Notes under the pieces: model-generated
Told to the model about the DNA's origin: nothing
Database searches by the model: none
The model's input: only the letters and a program-made list of their open reading frames with translations
Translations under genes and position numbers: made by a program
Source: Clostridia bacterium
GTDB lineage: Bacteria; Bacillota; Clostridia; Oscillospirales; Butyricicoccaceae
Direction: 5' to 3'
DNA length: 64,000 bases
Assembly: GCA_017455565.1 (NCBI GenBank)
Contig: JAFSZV010000075.1
Span: 6,096 to 70,095 of the forward strand
Shown here: positions 1 through 9,653 of the stretch, piece by piece
Numbering within the stretch: the first letter of the stretch is position 1
Layout: the number at the start of each line of letters is the position of its first letter

Positions 1-1542
1 CGTCTGTTTGACGAGCACGAGGATAAGGCGGAGGAGCTTCAGACCCGCGCCCCCGTGGTGGTGGTCATGGGCCACGTGGACCACGGCAAGACCTCGCTGC
101 TGGACGCCATCCGCAAGACCAACGTCACCGCCGGCGAGGCCGGCGGCATCACCCAGCACATCGGCGCTTACCGCGTCAAGCTGGGCGAGCGGGACATCAC
201 CTTCCTGGATACGCCGGGCCACGCGGCCTTTACCTCCATGCGCGCCCGGGGCGCGCAGGTCACCGACGTGGCCATCTTGGTGGTGGCCGCCGACGACGGC
301 ATCATGCCCCAAACCATCGAGGCCATCAACCACGCCAAGGCTGCCGACGTGCCGCTGATCGTGGCCGTCAACAAGATCGACAAGCACAATGCCAATCCCG
401 AGCGGGTGCTCCAGCAGCTCACCGAGCACGGGCTGGTGCCCGAGGAATGGGGCGGAACCACCATCGTCTGCCCCATCTCTGCGCTGAAGGGCGAGGGCAT
501 CGACAACCTGCTGGAAATGGTGCTGCTCACCGCCGATATGCTGGAGCTCAAGGCAAACCCCAACCGTCTGGCCAAGGGCACTGTTATTGAAGCAAAGCTG
601 GATCGCGGCCGGGGTCCGGTGGCCACTGTTCTGATCCAAAACGGCACCCTCCACAGCGGCGACATCGTCATCGCGGGCACTGCCGTGGGCCGCGTCCGCG
701 CTATGAGCGACGAAAGAGGCCGCAAGATGGAGACTGCGGGCCCCTCTGTCCCCGTGGAGATCGTGGGTCTGGGCGAAGTGCCCGGCGCCGGCGACGTATT
801 TTACGCTGTGGAGGACGAGCGCATGGCCCGCACCCTGGCCGAAAAGCGCAGATTCGAGGAAAAGGAAAAGCAGGCTGCCGCCATGCAGAAGGTGACGCTG
901 GAGAATCTCTTCTCCTCCATCGAGCAGGGCAGCGTCAAGGATCTTAACATCATCGTCAAGGCCGACGTGCAGGGCTCCGCCGAGGCGGTCAAGGCATCGC
1001 TGGAGAAGCTGAGCAACGACGAGGTGCGCGTCCGCGTGATCCACAACGGTGTGGGCGGCATCAATTCCAGCGACGTGATGCTGGCGGAGGCGTCCAACGC
1101 CATCATCGTGGGCTTTAACGTGCGCCCCGAGGCGGGCATCGCCGAGGCCGCGGCCCAGGCCCATGTGGATATGCGGCTCTACCGCATCATCTACGACTGT
1201 CTGGAAGAGATCGAGCAGGCCATGAAGGGCATGCTGGCGCCCACCTATAAAGAGGTGGTGCTGGGCCATGCCGAGGTGCGCCAGACCTTCAAGGTCAGCG
1301 GCGTGGGCACCATTGCCGGCTGCTATGTGCAGGACGGCAAGATGCAGCGCAACGAAAAGGTCCGTATTGTCCGCGACAGCATCGTCATCCACGAGGGCGA
1401 CCTTTCCAGCCTCAAACGCTTTAAGGACGACGCCAAAGAGGTGGCCGCCGGCTTTGAGTGCGGCATGAGCTTCGAGAAGTTCAACGACGTGAAGGTGGGC
1501 GACATCGTGGAGGCCTTTGTCATGGAAGAGGTCAAACGGTAA
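1..1542 (+). CDS. infB: Translation initiation factor IF-2, C-terminal ~510 aa (5' end upstream of window)
   Basis: Frame 1 open from nt 1; GTPase motifs [17 protein letters not shown], then IF-2 C-terminal domains; stop at 1540-1542. Confidence 0.97.
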   Translation, partial: RLFDEHEDKAEELQTRAPVVVVMGHVDHGKTSLLDAIRKTNVTAGEAGGITQHIGAYRVKLGERDITFLDTPGHAAFTSMRARGAQVTDVAILVVAADDGIMPQTIEAINHAKAADVPLIVAVNKIDKHNANPERVLQQLTEHGLVPEEWGGTTIVCPISALKGEGIDNLLEMVLLTADMLELKANPNRLAKGTVIEAKLDRGRGPVATVLIQNGTLHSGDIVIAGTAVGRVRAMSDERGRKMETAGPSVPVEIVGLGEVPGAGDVFYAVEDERMARTLAEKRRFEEKEKQAAAMQKVTLENLFSSIEQGSVKDLNIIVKADVQGSAEAVKASLEKLSNDEVRVRVIHNGVGGINSSDVMLAEASNAIIVGFNVRPEAGIAEAAAQAHVDMRLYRIIYDCLEEIEQAMKGMLAPTYKEVVLGHAEVRQTFKVSGVGTIAGCYVQDGKMQRNEKVRIVRDSIVIHEGDLSSLKRFKDDAKEVAAGFECGMSFEKFNDVKVGDIVEAFVMEEVKR

Positions 1543-1552
1543 TTGCTGTGGT

Positions 1553-1586
1553 AAAAGCGGAAAAACGAAGGGTTTTCCGCTTTTGC
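1553..1586 (+). terminator. Hairpin after infB (possible attenuator or partial terminator)
   Basis: Perfect 10-bp stem AAGCGGAAAA (1555-1564) / TTTTCCGCTT (1573-1582), 8-nt loop, short T tail. Confidence 0.5.
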
Positions 1587-1618
1587 TGATTTGCGCCGCG
1601 GGCGGAGGAGGATTTGTC

Positions 1619-2503
1619 ATGACGAAACAGCGCCGCGCAGAAGGGCTTCTGGTGCTCACCACGGCGTTTTGGGGCGTTTCCTATTATTTCACACGGATCT
1701 GTCTGCGGCAGATGGATCCGCTGACCCTCAACGCTTTCCGCTTCCTCACCGCCTTTCTGGTGCTGGGGCTGATCTACCGGAAAAACCTGCGGGCCCTGAA
1801 CCGGGAAACGGCCAAATGGGGCGCGCTGGTGGGGCTGGTGCTGGTGGTCGTTTACGTGGCCGCCACCTACGGCGTAATGAATACTTCGCTTTCCAACGCA
1901 GGCTTTATCAGCGGCCTTGCCGTTCTCATCACTCCACTCATCGAGCTGGCGGTTTTCCGGAAAAAGCCGGGGAAGCGGCTGGCGCTGGCGCTGGCCTTAT
2001 GCACCGCCGGCCTGGCGCTGCTGACGCTGGGCGGGGGGGTGCGCTTTGCCGTGGGCGATTTGCTGTGCCTGATGTGCTCGGCGTTTTACGCTGCCGACAT
2101 CGTCATTACCGACCGGGCCGTGTCCCGGCCCGCAGTGGATCCCATCGGTATGAGCGTGGTGGAGATCGGCGTGACGGGCGCGGTATTTCTGGCGCTGGCG
2201 CTGGTGCTCGAGCAGCCCCGGCTACCGCAGACGCCTGCGGTGTGGGGCGCGGCGCTGACGCTGGGCCTGTTTTGTTCGGGGATCGCCTTTGTGATCCAGA
2301 CCACCCAGCAGCGGTATACCTCGCCTGCCCGGGTGGCGCTCATTTTTACATTGGAGCCGGTATTTTCCGCCGCGGTGGCCTATGTTCTGGCGGGTGAGCG
2401 GCTCCATTCGCGCGGATATCTCGGCGCGGCTTTGATGATTTTGAGCCTTCTGCTGACGCAGCTTCCCAACCGGGAGCCCCGACGGAAGGACGACACCCGG
2501 TAA
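1619..2503 (+). CDS. EamA/DMT-family permease
   Basis: ATG 1619 lies 7 nt after GGAGGAGG; about 10 hydrophobic helices in two EamA-like halves; the track ORF start at 1517 overlaps infB and is unlikely. Confidence 0.85.
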   Translation: MTKQRRAEGLLVLTTAFWGVSYYFTRICLRQMDPLTLNAFRFLTAFLVLGLIYRKNLRALNRETAKWGALVGLVLVVVYVAATYGVMNTSLSNAGFISGLAVLITPLIELAVFRKKPGKRLALALALCTAGLALLTLGGGVRFAVGDLLCLMCSAFYAADIVITDRAVSRPAVDPIGMSVVEIGVTGAVFLALALVLEQPRLPQTPAVWGAALTLGLFCSGIAFVIQTTQQRYTSPARVALIFTLEPVFSAAVAYVLAGERLHSRGYLGAALMILSLLLTQLPNREPRRKDDTR

Positions 2504-2537
2504 CGCGTCTGCGGTCGGGAGAATAAGGAGAAGGTTT

Positions 2538-2927
2538 ATGCCATACAATTCCAATCGCGTTCAGCGGATCTCCGAAGAAGTGACCCGGGAGATCGCAACG
2601 CTTTTGCGGGACGTAAAGGACCCCCGCGTATCCCGGACCATGCTCTCGGTGGTGCGCTGCGAGGTCACCAACGACATGCGCTGGTGCAAGGTCTATCTCA
2701 GTGCGCTGGGCGAATACGACCCCAAGGAGCTCAGGCAGGGGTTGAAATCCTGCTCGGGCTATCTCCGGCGGGAGCTTGCCCGGCGGGTGCAGCTCCGCTA
2801 TACGCCGGAGCTGGTGTTCGTCATGGACGAGTCCATCGCTCACGGCGCCCACATCGCCGCCGTGCTCAACACGCTGGATATCCCCGCGGACGAGCCGGAG
2901 GAGGAAGCGCATGAGCAGCAGGATTGA
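2538..2927 (+). CDS. rbfA: Ribosome-binding factor A
   Basis: RbfA-like N-terminus (RVQRISEEVTREIATLL.DVKDPRV); conserved position between infB and truB. Confidence 0.93.
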   Translation: MPYNSNRVQRISEEVTREIATLLRDVKDPRVSRTMLSVVRCEVTNDMRWCKVYLSALGEYDPKELRQGLKSCSGYLRRELARRVQLRYTPELVFVMDESIAHGAHIAAVLNTLDIPADEPEEEAHEQQD

Positions 2928-3876
2928 CGCAAACGCCGCCGCCGCGCGGCTGCGGGGGGCCCAAAACATTCTGATTTTGACCCACCGTCGGCCCGACGGC
3001 GACACCATCGGCTCAGCCGCCGCTTTGTGCCGCGGTCTGCGGCAGATCGGCAAACGGGCCTTTGTGTTTCCCAACGAGGATCTGACGCCCCGCCTGGGCT
3101 TTTTGCTGGAGGGGCTTTTGGCCGCGTCCGGTTTTGTCCCCGGCCTGATCTGCGCCGTGGACATCGCGGATGTTTCTCTGCTCACCGACAGCGCGAAGGG
3201 CTTTGCCAGGCGGGTGGATCTGTGCCTTGACCATCATCCCTCCAATGTGGGCTATGCCCGCGAGCTGGCGCTGGAGGAACACGCCGCCGCCGCCGGCGAG
3301 GTGGTGTGGGCCGTTTTGCGGGCGCTGGGCGCGGCGCTGGATCTGCCCATGTGGGAGGCGCTGTATATCGCCGTGTCCACCGACACGGGATGCTTCAAGT
3401 TTTCCAATACCACCCCGCTGGCCCACCGCATCGCCGCCGGCGCCATCGAAGCGGGAGTAGATTTTCACCGGCACAATCACGCCTTTTTTGAGGCGAAGAG
3501 CAAAAACCGCTTTTTGATTGAAAAGACGATGTTCGATAAAATGATCTTTTCCGCCGACGGGCGGATCGCCTGCTCCTGGCTGGACAGGCCGTGGCTCGAT
3601 TCCATCGGCGCCGACGACGACGATCTGGACAACCTCTCCACTCTCACCATGGCGCTGGAGGGGGTGGACTGCGGTATCATCCTGACCCAGAACAAAAAGG
3701 ACCCCGCCTACAAGATTTCAATCCGCACTCACGAGCCCGCCGACGCCAGCCGCATCTGTCAAAGCTTCGGCGGCGGCGGACATCCCCGGGCGGCGGGCTG
3801 TACGCTTTCCGGCCCGCCCGAGGCGGCGGCGAAGCGGCTGATGGAGGCCGCGGCGGCGGAGCTTGCCCTATGCTGA
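2911..3876 (+). CDS. nrnA: DHH/DHHA1 phosphoesterase (NrnA-like oligoribonuclease/pAp phosphatase)
   Basis: Motifs [14 protein letters not shown] (LCLDHHPSN) and GGGGH; ATG 2911 overlaps the rbfA end. Confidence 0.86.
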   Translation: MSSRIDANAAAARLRGAQNILILTHRRPDGDTIGSAAALCRGLRQIGKRAFVFPNEDLTPRLGFLLEGLLAASGFVPGLICAVDIADVSLLTDSAKGFARRVDLCLDHHPSNVGYARELALEEHAAAAGEVVWAVLRALGAALDLPMWEALYIAVSTDTGCFKFSNTTPLAHRIAAGAIEAGVDFHRHNHAFFEAKSKNRFLIEKTMFDKMIFSADGRIACSWLDRPWLDSIGADDDDLDNLSTLTMALEGVDCGIILTQNKKDPAYKISIRTHEPADASRICQSFGGGGHPRAAGCTLSGPPEAAAKRLMEAAAAELALC

Positions 3877-4793
3877 ACGGGATCCTCCTTGTGGACAAGC
3901 CCGCGGGCTTCACCTCCCACGACGCGGTGGCCAAGCTGCGGGGGATGCTCCGGCAGAAAAAGATCGGCCACGCGGGGACGCTGGATCCCATGGCTACCGG
4001 CCTTTTGGTAGTGCTTTTGGGCTGCGCCACCCGGGCGTCAAGCTATGCCGCGGGGCAGGAGAAGGAATATCACGCCGTTTTGCGGCTGGGCATTGCCACT
4101 GACACCCAGGACGTGACGGGCAAGGTGCTGACGCAGGCCGAGCCTCATGTGACCGCAGAGCAGCTTCAGGCGGTGCTGGCTGCTTTTACGGGAACGGTGG
4201 AGCAGCTCCCGCCCATGTATTCCGCCCTGTCCGTTGGCGGGAAGCGGCTGTATGAGCTGGCGCGCAAGGGCGTCGAGGTGGAGCGGCAGGCGCGGGAGAT
4301 CGAAATCTCCGCGCTGGAGTTTTTGCCCCGCGCGGGGCTGCCCGAGGGAGATTTCGCCCTGCGAGTGGTGTGCTCCAAGGGCACCTATATCCGCGCCCTG
4401 TGCCACGACATCGGGCAGACGCTGGGCTGCGGCGGCTGCATGGCGGCCCTGCGGCGGGTGCGCAGCGGCGGGTTTTCCCTGGCCGACGCGCTGACCATAG
4501 AGGAGGTCGCCGCCCTGCGGGAGCGGGGCGGGCTGGAGCAAGCCGTTATCCCCGTGGAGCGGGTCTTTTCCGACCTGCCCGCCGTGCTCCTTAACGGGGA
4601 GGGGGATGTCCGCGCCGACCACGGGGCGTTTTTTACCGCGGAACATCTGGCCGGGGGTCAGTTTCCGCCGGAGGGCGGGCTCTGCCGGGTCTTTGACAGC
4701 AAAGGAAGTTTTTGTCAAATCGGGCGGAGCGGCACGCTGGACAAGGGCGGGCCGGCTATTTTCTGCCATGTGAATTTTGAATGTAAGGAATGA
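3870..4793 (+). CDS. truB: tRNA pseudouridine(55) synthase
   Basis: [13 protein letters not shown] and [12 protein letters not shown] motifs; ATG 3870 overlaps the nrnA stop. Confidence 0.93.
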   Translation: MLNGILLVDKPAGFTSHDAVAKLRGMLRQKKIGHAGTLDPMATGLLVVLLGCATRASSYAAGQEKEYHAVLRLGIATDTQDVTGKVLTQAEPHVTAEQLQAVLAAFTGTVEQLPPMYSALSVGGKRLYELARKGVEVERQAREIEISALEFLPRAGLPEGDFALRVVCSKGTYIRALCHDIGQTLGCGGCMAALRRVRSGGFSLADALTIEEVAALRERGGLEQAVIPVERVFSDLPAVLLNGEGDVRADHGAFFTAEHLAGGQFPPEGGLCRVFDSKGSFCQIGRSGTLDKGGPAIFCHVNFECKE

Positions 4794-5671
4794 ACGGTAT
4801 GGAACAGCAGCGTGTCATCGCGCTGGGCTTTTTCGACGGGGTGCACCGGGGCCATCAGGCCATTCTGCGCGCCGCCGCGGACCTTGCCGCGGAAAAGGGG
4901 ATGCAGAGCGCGGCCGTCACCTTCGAAAGCCACCCCCGGGCCTATGTCCGCGGACGGGCCCCCGATATGATCTCTACCTTTGAGCGCCGCTGCGCGCTTT
5001 TGCGGGAGGCAGGGGCGTCGCTGGTGATCGCCCTGCCCTTTGACCGGAGGATGGCCGAGACCTTGCCCGAGGAATTTGCCGCGCTTTTGAAAGAACGCTA
5101 CCGCTGCGCGGCGGTGGTCTGCGGCGAAAACTTCCGCTTTGGGAAAAACGCCGCCGGCAAGCCGGAGGATCTCAGCCGCTTCGGGCTGGAGACATACACC
5201 GTCCCGCCGGTGACCTATGGCGGGCGGGTGATCTCATCCACCTATATCCGCGAATGCGTCCGGCAGGGCAAGGCAGGTCTGGCGCGGCGGCTTTTGGGCC
5301 GGCCCTTTACGCTGGAGGGCCCCATCGTGGGGGGCTTTCAGGTGGGGAGGACGCTTGGCTATCCCACGGTGAATCTCTGCCTCAGAGAAGGAATCCTCCT
5401 GCCCCGCAGGGGGGTCTATGTCACCGAAGCGGCGGTGGACGGAACGAGCTGGAAGGCCGTTACCAACGTGGGCACCCGGCCCACCTTTACCGATGCCGAC
5501 ATCGTCAGCGTCGAGAGCCACCTGCTGGACTTCTCCGGAGACCTGTACGGAGAGGCGCTTCAGGTGCGGTTTTTGAAATTCCTGCGGCCCGAGCGGAGCT
5601 TTGCCGACGGCGGCGCCCTGCGGGAGCAGATTGCGGAAGATATCCGTCAGGCGCTGCGATATCACGGCTGA
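4790..5671 (+). CDS. ribF: Bifunctional riboflavin kinase / FMN adenylyltransferase
   Basis: GFFDGVHRGHQ nucleotidyltransferase motif and C-terminal riboflavin kinase (GYPTVN); ATGA overlap with truB. Confidence 0.93.
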   Translation: MNGMEQQRVIALGFFDGVHRGHQAILRAAADLAAEKGMQSAAVTFESHPRAYVRGRAPDMISTFERRCALLREAGASLVIALPFDRRMAETLPEEFAALLKERYRCAAVVCGENFRFGKNAAGKPEDLSRFGLETYTVPPVTYGGRVISSTYIRECVRQGKAGLARRLLGRPFTLEGPIVGGFQVGRTLGYPTVNLCLREGILLPRRGVYVTEAAVDGTSWKAVTNVGTRPTFTDADIVSVESHLLDFSGDLYGEALQVRFLKFLRPERSFADGGALREQIAEDIRQALRYHG

Positions 5672-5695
5672 CGGCTGCATACGGAGGAAATAAGC

Positions 5696-7207
5696 ATGGA
5701 AAAACTTCGGGAGCTGTGGGCATCCTGGCGGATCTTTCACAGCAATTTCAACGCCAAATACGGAACGGCGTTTAATCTGGTGATCCTGCTGCTGATCGCG
5801 GCGGCGGCCGCCGCCGTTCTTATCCGTGCGGCGCTGGCCGGCCGCAAAAGCCGCATCGCGCCCTCGCCGCTGGTTTCCCGCACCCCCGACCGGGAGAGGA
5901 CGGATCACGCTGCCGAAAGCCTTGCCATGGCCATCCGCTGCCCCAGCATCACGGGGCGGGAGGAGGAAATGCTGGCCATCGGCCGCCTGCTGAAGGAGCG
6001 GTATCCCCTGGCGGCAAAAACGCTGGACTGGGTCACGCTGCCGGGCGGCAGCCTGCTGCTGCGCTGGCGGGCCGGGAACCCAGGCGAAAACGACCCCGTG
6101 CTGCTGTGCAGCCATCTGGACGTGGTGCCCGGCGGCGAAGGGTGGACGGTGTGCGACCCCTTTGACGGAATCCGGCAGGGTGGGCGCGTCTATGGCCGGG
6201 GCGCTGCCGACTGCAAGGCGGCCGTCATCGCCATGATGGAGGCCACCGAGACCCTGCTGTCTGAGGGAGTCACACCCCGGCGGCACATCTATTACGCCTT
6301 TGGCTGCGACGGTGAGGCCGGCGGCCGCAAGGGCGCCGCACGCATCGCGGAGATCATGGAAAAAGAGGGCCTGCAGTTTTCGCTGATCCTGGACGAGGGT
6401 GGCACTTTCCGGGAGACCATGCCCGACGGACGGCGCTATTATCCCGCCGCCTATATCGGCATGGGAGAAAAGCGCCTGTGCGAATATCGCCTGACGGCAA
6501 CCTGCGAGGGCGGCCGTTCGGCGGTGCCCGGCCGCATAACGGCCCTGGGCGTGCTCAGCGAGGCGGTGTGCCGGGTCGAGAGCGCCCAGCCCCACCATCA
6601 TCTTTTGCCCATTGTCCGGCGGCAGATCAACGTCACCATGTCCGGTTTTTCCTTTGGAAAGCGGCTGGTGCTCACCAGCCCTCTTTTCCGGGAAATGTTT
6701 GTGGGCAGACTGTTCCGCAGCGAGCCGGCGCTTTCGGCGCTGGTGCGCAGCACGGTGGTCCCTACCCGGATCGACGGCGGCTTTACCGCCGGGCATGTAC
6801 TGCCTGCCACGGCGTCGGTGCTGCTCAACGCCCGCCTGCTGCCCGGGGAGGATCCCGAGCGGGAACTGGAAGAGCTTCGAGCGCTGACGGCTGATCTTCC
6901 CGTGGAGGCGGAAATGGTCTCCGCCGGGGATGAGACCTTCCTCACCTCGGAAAAGCAGCCCATGTATAAGCTGCTGAAAAGCACCATCGAGGGGCTGTAT
7001 CCCACTTTGCCCTGCATCGCCACCTTGATTCCCACCGCCGAGGACGCCCGGCATTATTCCGGACTGAGCGACTGTATCCTCCGTTTTGCCCCGCTGACGC
7101 TGGGGCCCGAGGGCGGCGGAAAGACCCACGGCGCCGACGAGAATCTTTCGGAAAAGGCCCTGGGACTGGCGATCGAGGTCTACGAGGGCCTGCTGCGGAA
7201 GCTATGA
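5696..7207 (+). CDS. M20-family metallopeptidase with N-terminal membrane anchor
   Basis: HLDVVP and GRGAADCK motifs typical of M20/M25/M40; one N-terminal hydrophobic helix. Confidence 0.85.
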   Translation: MEKLRELWASWRIFHSNFNAKYGTAFNLVILLLIAAAAAAVLIRAALAGRKSRIAPSPLVSRTPDRERTDHAAESLAMAIRCPSITGREEEMLAIGRLLKERYPLAAKTLDWVTLPGGSLLLRWRAGNPGENDPVLLCSHLDVVPGGEGWTVCDPFDGIRQGGRVYGRGAADCKAAVIAMMEATETLLSEGVTPRRHIYYAFGCDGEAGGRKGAARIAEIMEKEGLQFSLILDEGGTFRETMPDGRRYYPAAYIGMGEKRLCEYRLTATCEGGRSAVPGRITALGVLSEAVCRVESAQPHHHLLPIVRRQINVTMSGFSFGKRLVLTSPLFREMFVGRLFRSEPALSALVRSTVVPTRIDGGFTAGHVLPATASVLLNARLLPGEDPERELEELRALTADLPVEAEMVSAGDETFLTSEKQPMYKLLKSTIEGLYPTLPCIATLIPTAEDARHYSGLSDCILRFAPLTLGPEGGGKTHGADENLSEKALGLAIEVYEGLLRKL

Positions 7208-8109
7208 GCCAAAAACGAAGCCTTTGGATCCCGCTGTTTGCTCTGCTGGCGGCGGCCTGCCTGTTGTGCTTTTGCCTGTTTGCACGGCAGCAGGGGATCG
7301 GATCGTGGGAGGCGTTTTCCGCACGCCTGTGGGGGCGCGGTCTTTCCGAACAAGAGGGTCTGCGCCTCCATATGATCGACGTGGGGCAGGGGCAAGCCCT
7401 TTTGCTTACCTGCAACGGCCATGCCGCCATGATCGACACGGGCCCCGCCGACTGTGCCGGGCGCACGGCGGATTATGTATGGGCCCGGGGCGTGCGGCGG
7501 CTGGACTGTCTGTTCCTCACCCATCCCCACAGCGACCACTGCGGCGGACTGGAGGAGATCTGGGACACGGTGGCGGTAGACGCCGTTTTGACGCCGGATT
7601 GCCCCGAGAGCCGCGCCCTGCTCACCGAGCCCGGAAGCTGGGGCGACAGGAAAGGGGCAAAAACGGAATATATCGCCGCGGGACGGCAGTTTTCACTGGG
7701 CGACGCCCGCATTACCGTGCTCCATCCCCGGGAGGGGGATACCTTTGACGACCTCAACGACCTTTCGCTGGTGCTGCTGGCGGAGTACGAGGGAGTGCGG
7801 ATGCTGTTTACCGGCGACATTTCCGGCGACGTGGAAAAGCGGCTGATCCCGCTGGGCTATATCCATTTGCTGCAGGCGGCACACCACGGGAGCAATTCCT
7901 CCACCTGCGAGGCCCTTTTGGAGGATATGACCCCCGATATCGTATTTATCAGTTGCGGAAAAGACAACGATTACGGCCATCCCCACCAAAAGGTGCTGCA
8001 GCGCCTGCGGGCGGTCGACGCCGTCGTTTACCGCACCGATCTGCAGGGGACCCTGACCGCCGCCGTTCAGGAGGGGAAGCTGTCGGTCATCACCGGGCGG
8101 GATGATTGA
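7204..8109 (+). CDS. MBL-fold metallo-hydrolase (ComEC C-terminal-domain-like), membrane anchored
   Basis: HPHSDHCGG (HxHxDH) motif; N-terminal TM helix; ATGA overlap with the previous gene. Confidence 0.8.
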   Translation: MSQKRSLWIPLFALLAAACLLCFCLFARQQGIGSWEAFSARLWGRGLSEQEGLRLHMIDVGQGQALLLTCNGHAAMIDTGPADCAGRTADYVWARGVRRLDCLFLTHPHSDHCGGLEEIWDTVAVDAVLTPDCPESRALLTEPGSWGDRKGAKTEYIAAGRQFSLGDARITVLHPREGDTFDDLNDLSLVLLAEYEGVRMLFTGDISGDVEKRLIPLGYIHLLQAAHHGSNSSTCEALLEDMTPDIVFISCGKDNDYGHPHQKVLQRLRAVDAVVYRTDLQGTLTAAVQEGKLSVITGRDD

Positions 8110-8135
8110 CTTGCCGCGACGGGGAGGAGAGAACT

Positions 8136-9371
8136 ATGGCAAAAAAGCACACGGGCAGACAGCCCGCAGGCTGGCTCTATCTGCCCCTGCGGTGGCTCAG
8201 CCGTCTGGTGTGCCGGCTGCTGTTCGGCCTGCGGGTCACCGGCGGTGAGCAGATTCCCGGCAAGGGGCCGCTGCTGGTGCTGTCGGCCCATCAAGGGATG
8301 GTGGACTTTCTGCTGCTCATCGCCGCTTTGCGGCGCAGAAGGATCCGCTTCGTGGCCACCGAGCGGCAGTTCCGCGACCCAAAGCTTCATTGGTTCTATG
8401 TGCGCCTGGGCCTGATCCCAAAGGTGCAGTTCCACACCGACGCCCGCGCGGTGATGGGGGTCTTTCGCACCCTGCGCGACGGCGGCACGGTGGGGATCTT
8501 TCCTGCGGGGCAGACCTCCATGTGCGGCGTCCCCGCCGGGATCGCGCCCGCCATCGCCCACCTGGTAAAGCGGGCGGAGGTCAACGTCTGCACCGTTTCG
8601 CTGAACGGGGGATTTTTCACCTATCCTCGCTTTGCTCCGTGGTTCAACCGGGGACGCACCGAAGCGCGGCTGGAGCTGACCTTTACCCCTGCCATGCTGA
8701 AGACGCTGTCAGAAAAAGAGATCTTCGAGATCCTGCGGCGGCGTCTGGACTATGACGATTACCGCTGGCAGGAGCAGACCGGCGCCCGCTTTCACAGCCG
8801 AGGCCGCGCCCGGGGCTGCGACAAGATCCTGTTTCGCTGCCCCGACTGCGGCGGAGAGGGTACGATCCGCGCTGAGAAGCACCGGATCTTCTGCGCCGCC
8901 TGCGGCAGCGCGGGGACGGTGGGCGAGGATATGCACCTCGTTTCCCGGCGGGCGGGCAGCAGCTTTTTTTCTACCCTGCGGGATTGGTATGCCTGGCAGG
9001 AGCACGAGCTTGCCCGGGCTATGGAGGAGCCGGATTTCCGCCTGTCGCTCGCCGTGCGGTGCCAGCGCTTCGACGCCGTGCGGTTCGCTTATGTAGACGC
9101 GGGCACGGGAACGCTGGAGCTGGACCGGGAACGTATCGGTTATCGGGGCGCCCTTTCCGGCGAACAGGCAGAACATTTTCTCCGCCACGAAACGCTGCCC
9201 GGCTGCGCCGCCGGACCGGGGAAATATCTGGAGCTTTATCATCCCGATGCGGGACTGATCCGCTATGTGCCGCAAGACCCCGCCGAAGGATGGCGCGTCA
9301 CCCAGATCAAGGCGGCACAGGAGCTGATCCACCGCCAGCTGGCACCGGAGGGGGAAAAGAAAGAAGAATAA
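8136..9371 (+). CDS. PlsC-family acyltransferase with zinc ribbon and C-terminal extension
   Basis: HX4D motif (HQGMVD) and FPAGQTS; CPDCG...CAACG zinc ribbon mid-protein; ATG 8136 follows GGAGGAGAG (track start 8106 has no RBS). Confidence 0.8.
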   Translation: MAKKHTGRQPAGWLYLPLRWLSRLVCRLLFGLRVTGGEQIPGKGPLLVLSAHQGMVDFLLLIAALRRRRIRFVATERQFRDPKLHWFYVRLGLIPKVQFHTDARAVMGVFRTLRDGGTVGIFPAGQTSMCGVPAGIAPAIAHLVKRAEVNVCTVSLNGGFFTYPRFAPWFNRGRTEARLELTFTPAMLKTLSEKEIFEILRRRLDYDDYRWQEQTGARFHSRGRARGCDKILFRCPDCGGEGTIRAEKHRIFCAACGSAGTVGEDMHLVSRRAGSSFFSTLRDWYAWQEHELARAMEEPDFRLSLAVRCQRFDAVRFAYVDAGTGTLELDRERIGYRGALSGEQAEHFLRHETLPGCAAGPGKYLELYHPDAGLIRYVPQDPAEGWRVTQIKAAQELIHRQLAPEGEKKEE

Positions 9372-9376
9372 CGTCT

Positions 9377-9405
9377 TCCGCCCGAAAAACCGGGCGGATT
9401 TTTTC
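9377..9405 (+). terminator. Rho-independent terminator
   Basis: TCCGCCCG / CGGGCGGA stem followed by TTTTTT. Confidence 0.75.
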
Positions 9406-9416
9406 GTTCCCTGCGC

Positions 9417-9445
9417 TTGACGCGGCGGTCACGGCGGGGTAAAAT
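9417..9445 (+). promoter_or_regulatory. Sigma-A-type promoter for the mgtE leader
   Basis: TTGACG (9417-9422), 17 nt spacer, TAAAAT (9440-9445). Confidence 0.5.
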
Positions 9446-9451
9446 AGAGAA

Positions 9452-9645
9452 GTACGCAAGCACGAAATTTCATTAAAAAAGGCAGGTGGAACACATGGAC
9501 GCCGGAAGTACAGGCGGCACGCGGCCCAAAGGGCGGCGGCTGTGGACACACGGTTTTTTGGTGCCCGTGTTCACAGCCTGAGACCTTGCGCCGAGTCCGC
9601 GACTTCCATTCCCCGGGGAGGGCCCCGGAATATCAGCCGGAAGGA
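9452..9645 (+). promoter_or_regulatory. Structured ~200-nt mgtE leader, possible divergent M-box (Mg2+) riboswitch
   Basis: Position and length fit an M-box; partial resemblance (GCAGGUGGAA; GCGGCCCAAAGGG; GCGCCGAGUCCGCGAC) to M-box blocks recalled from memory; the central AAUGGGUCAACAG core is not clearly present. Confidence 0.35.
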
Positions 9646-9653
9646 GCGACGCT

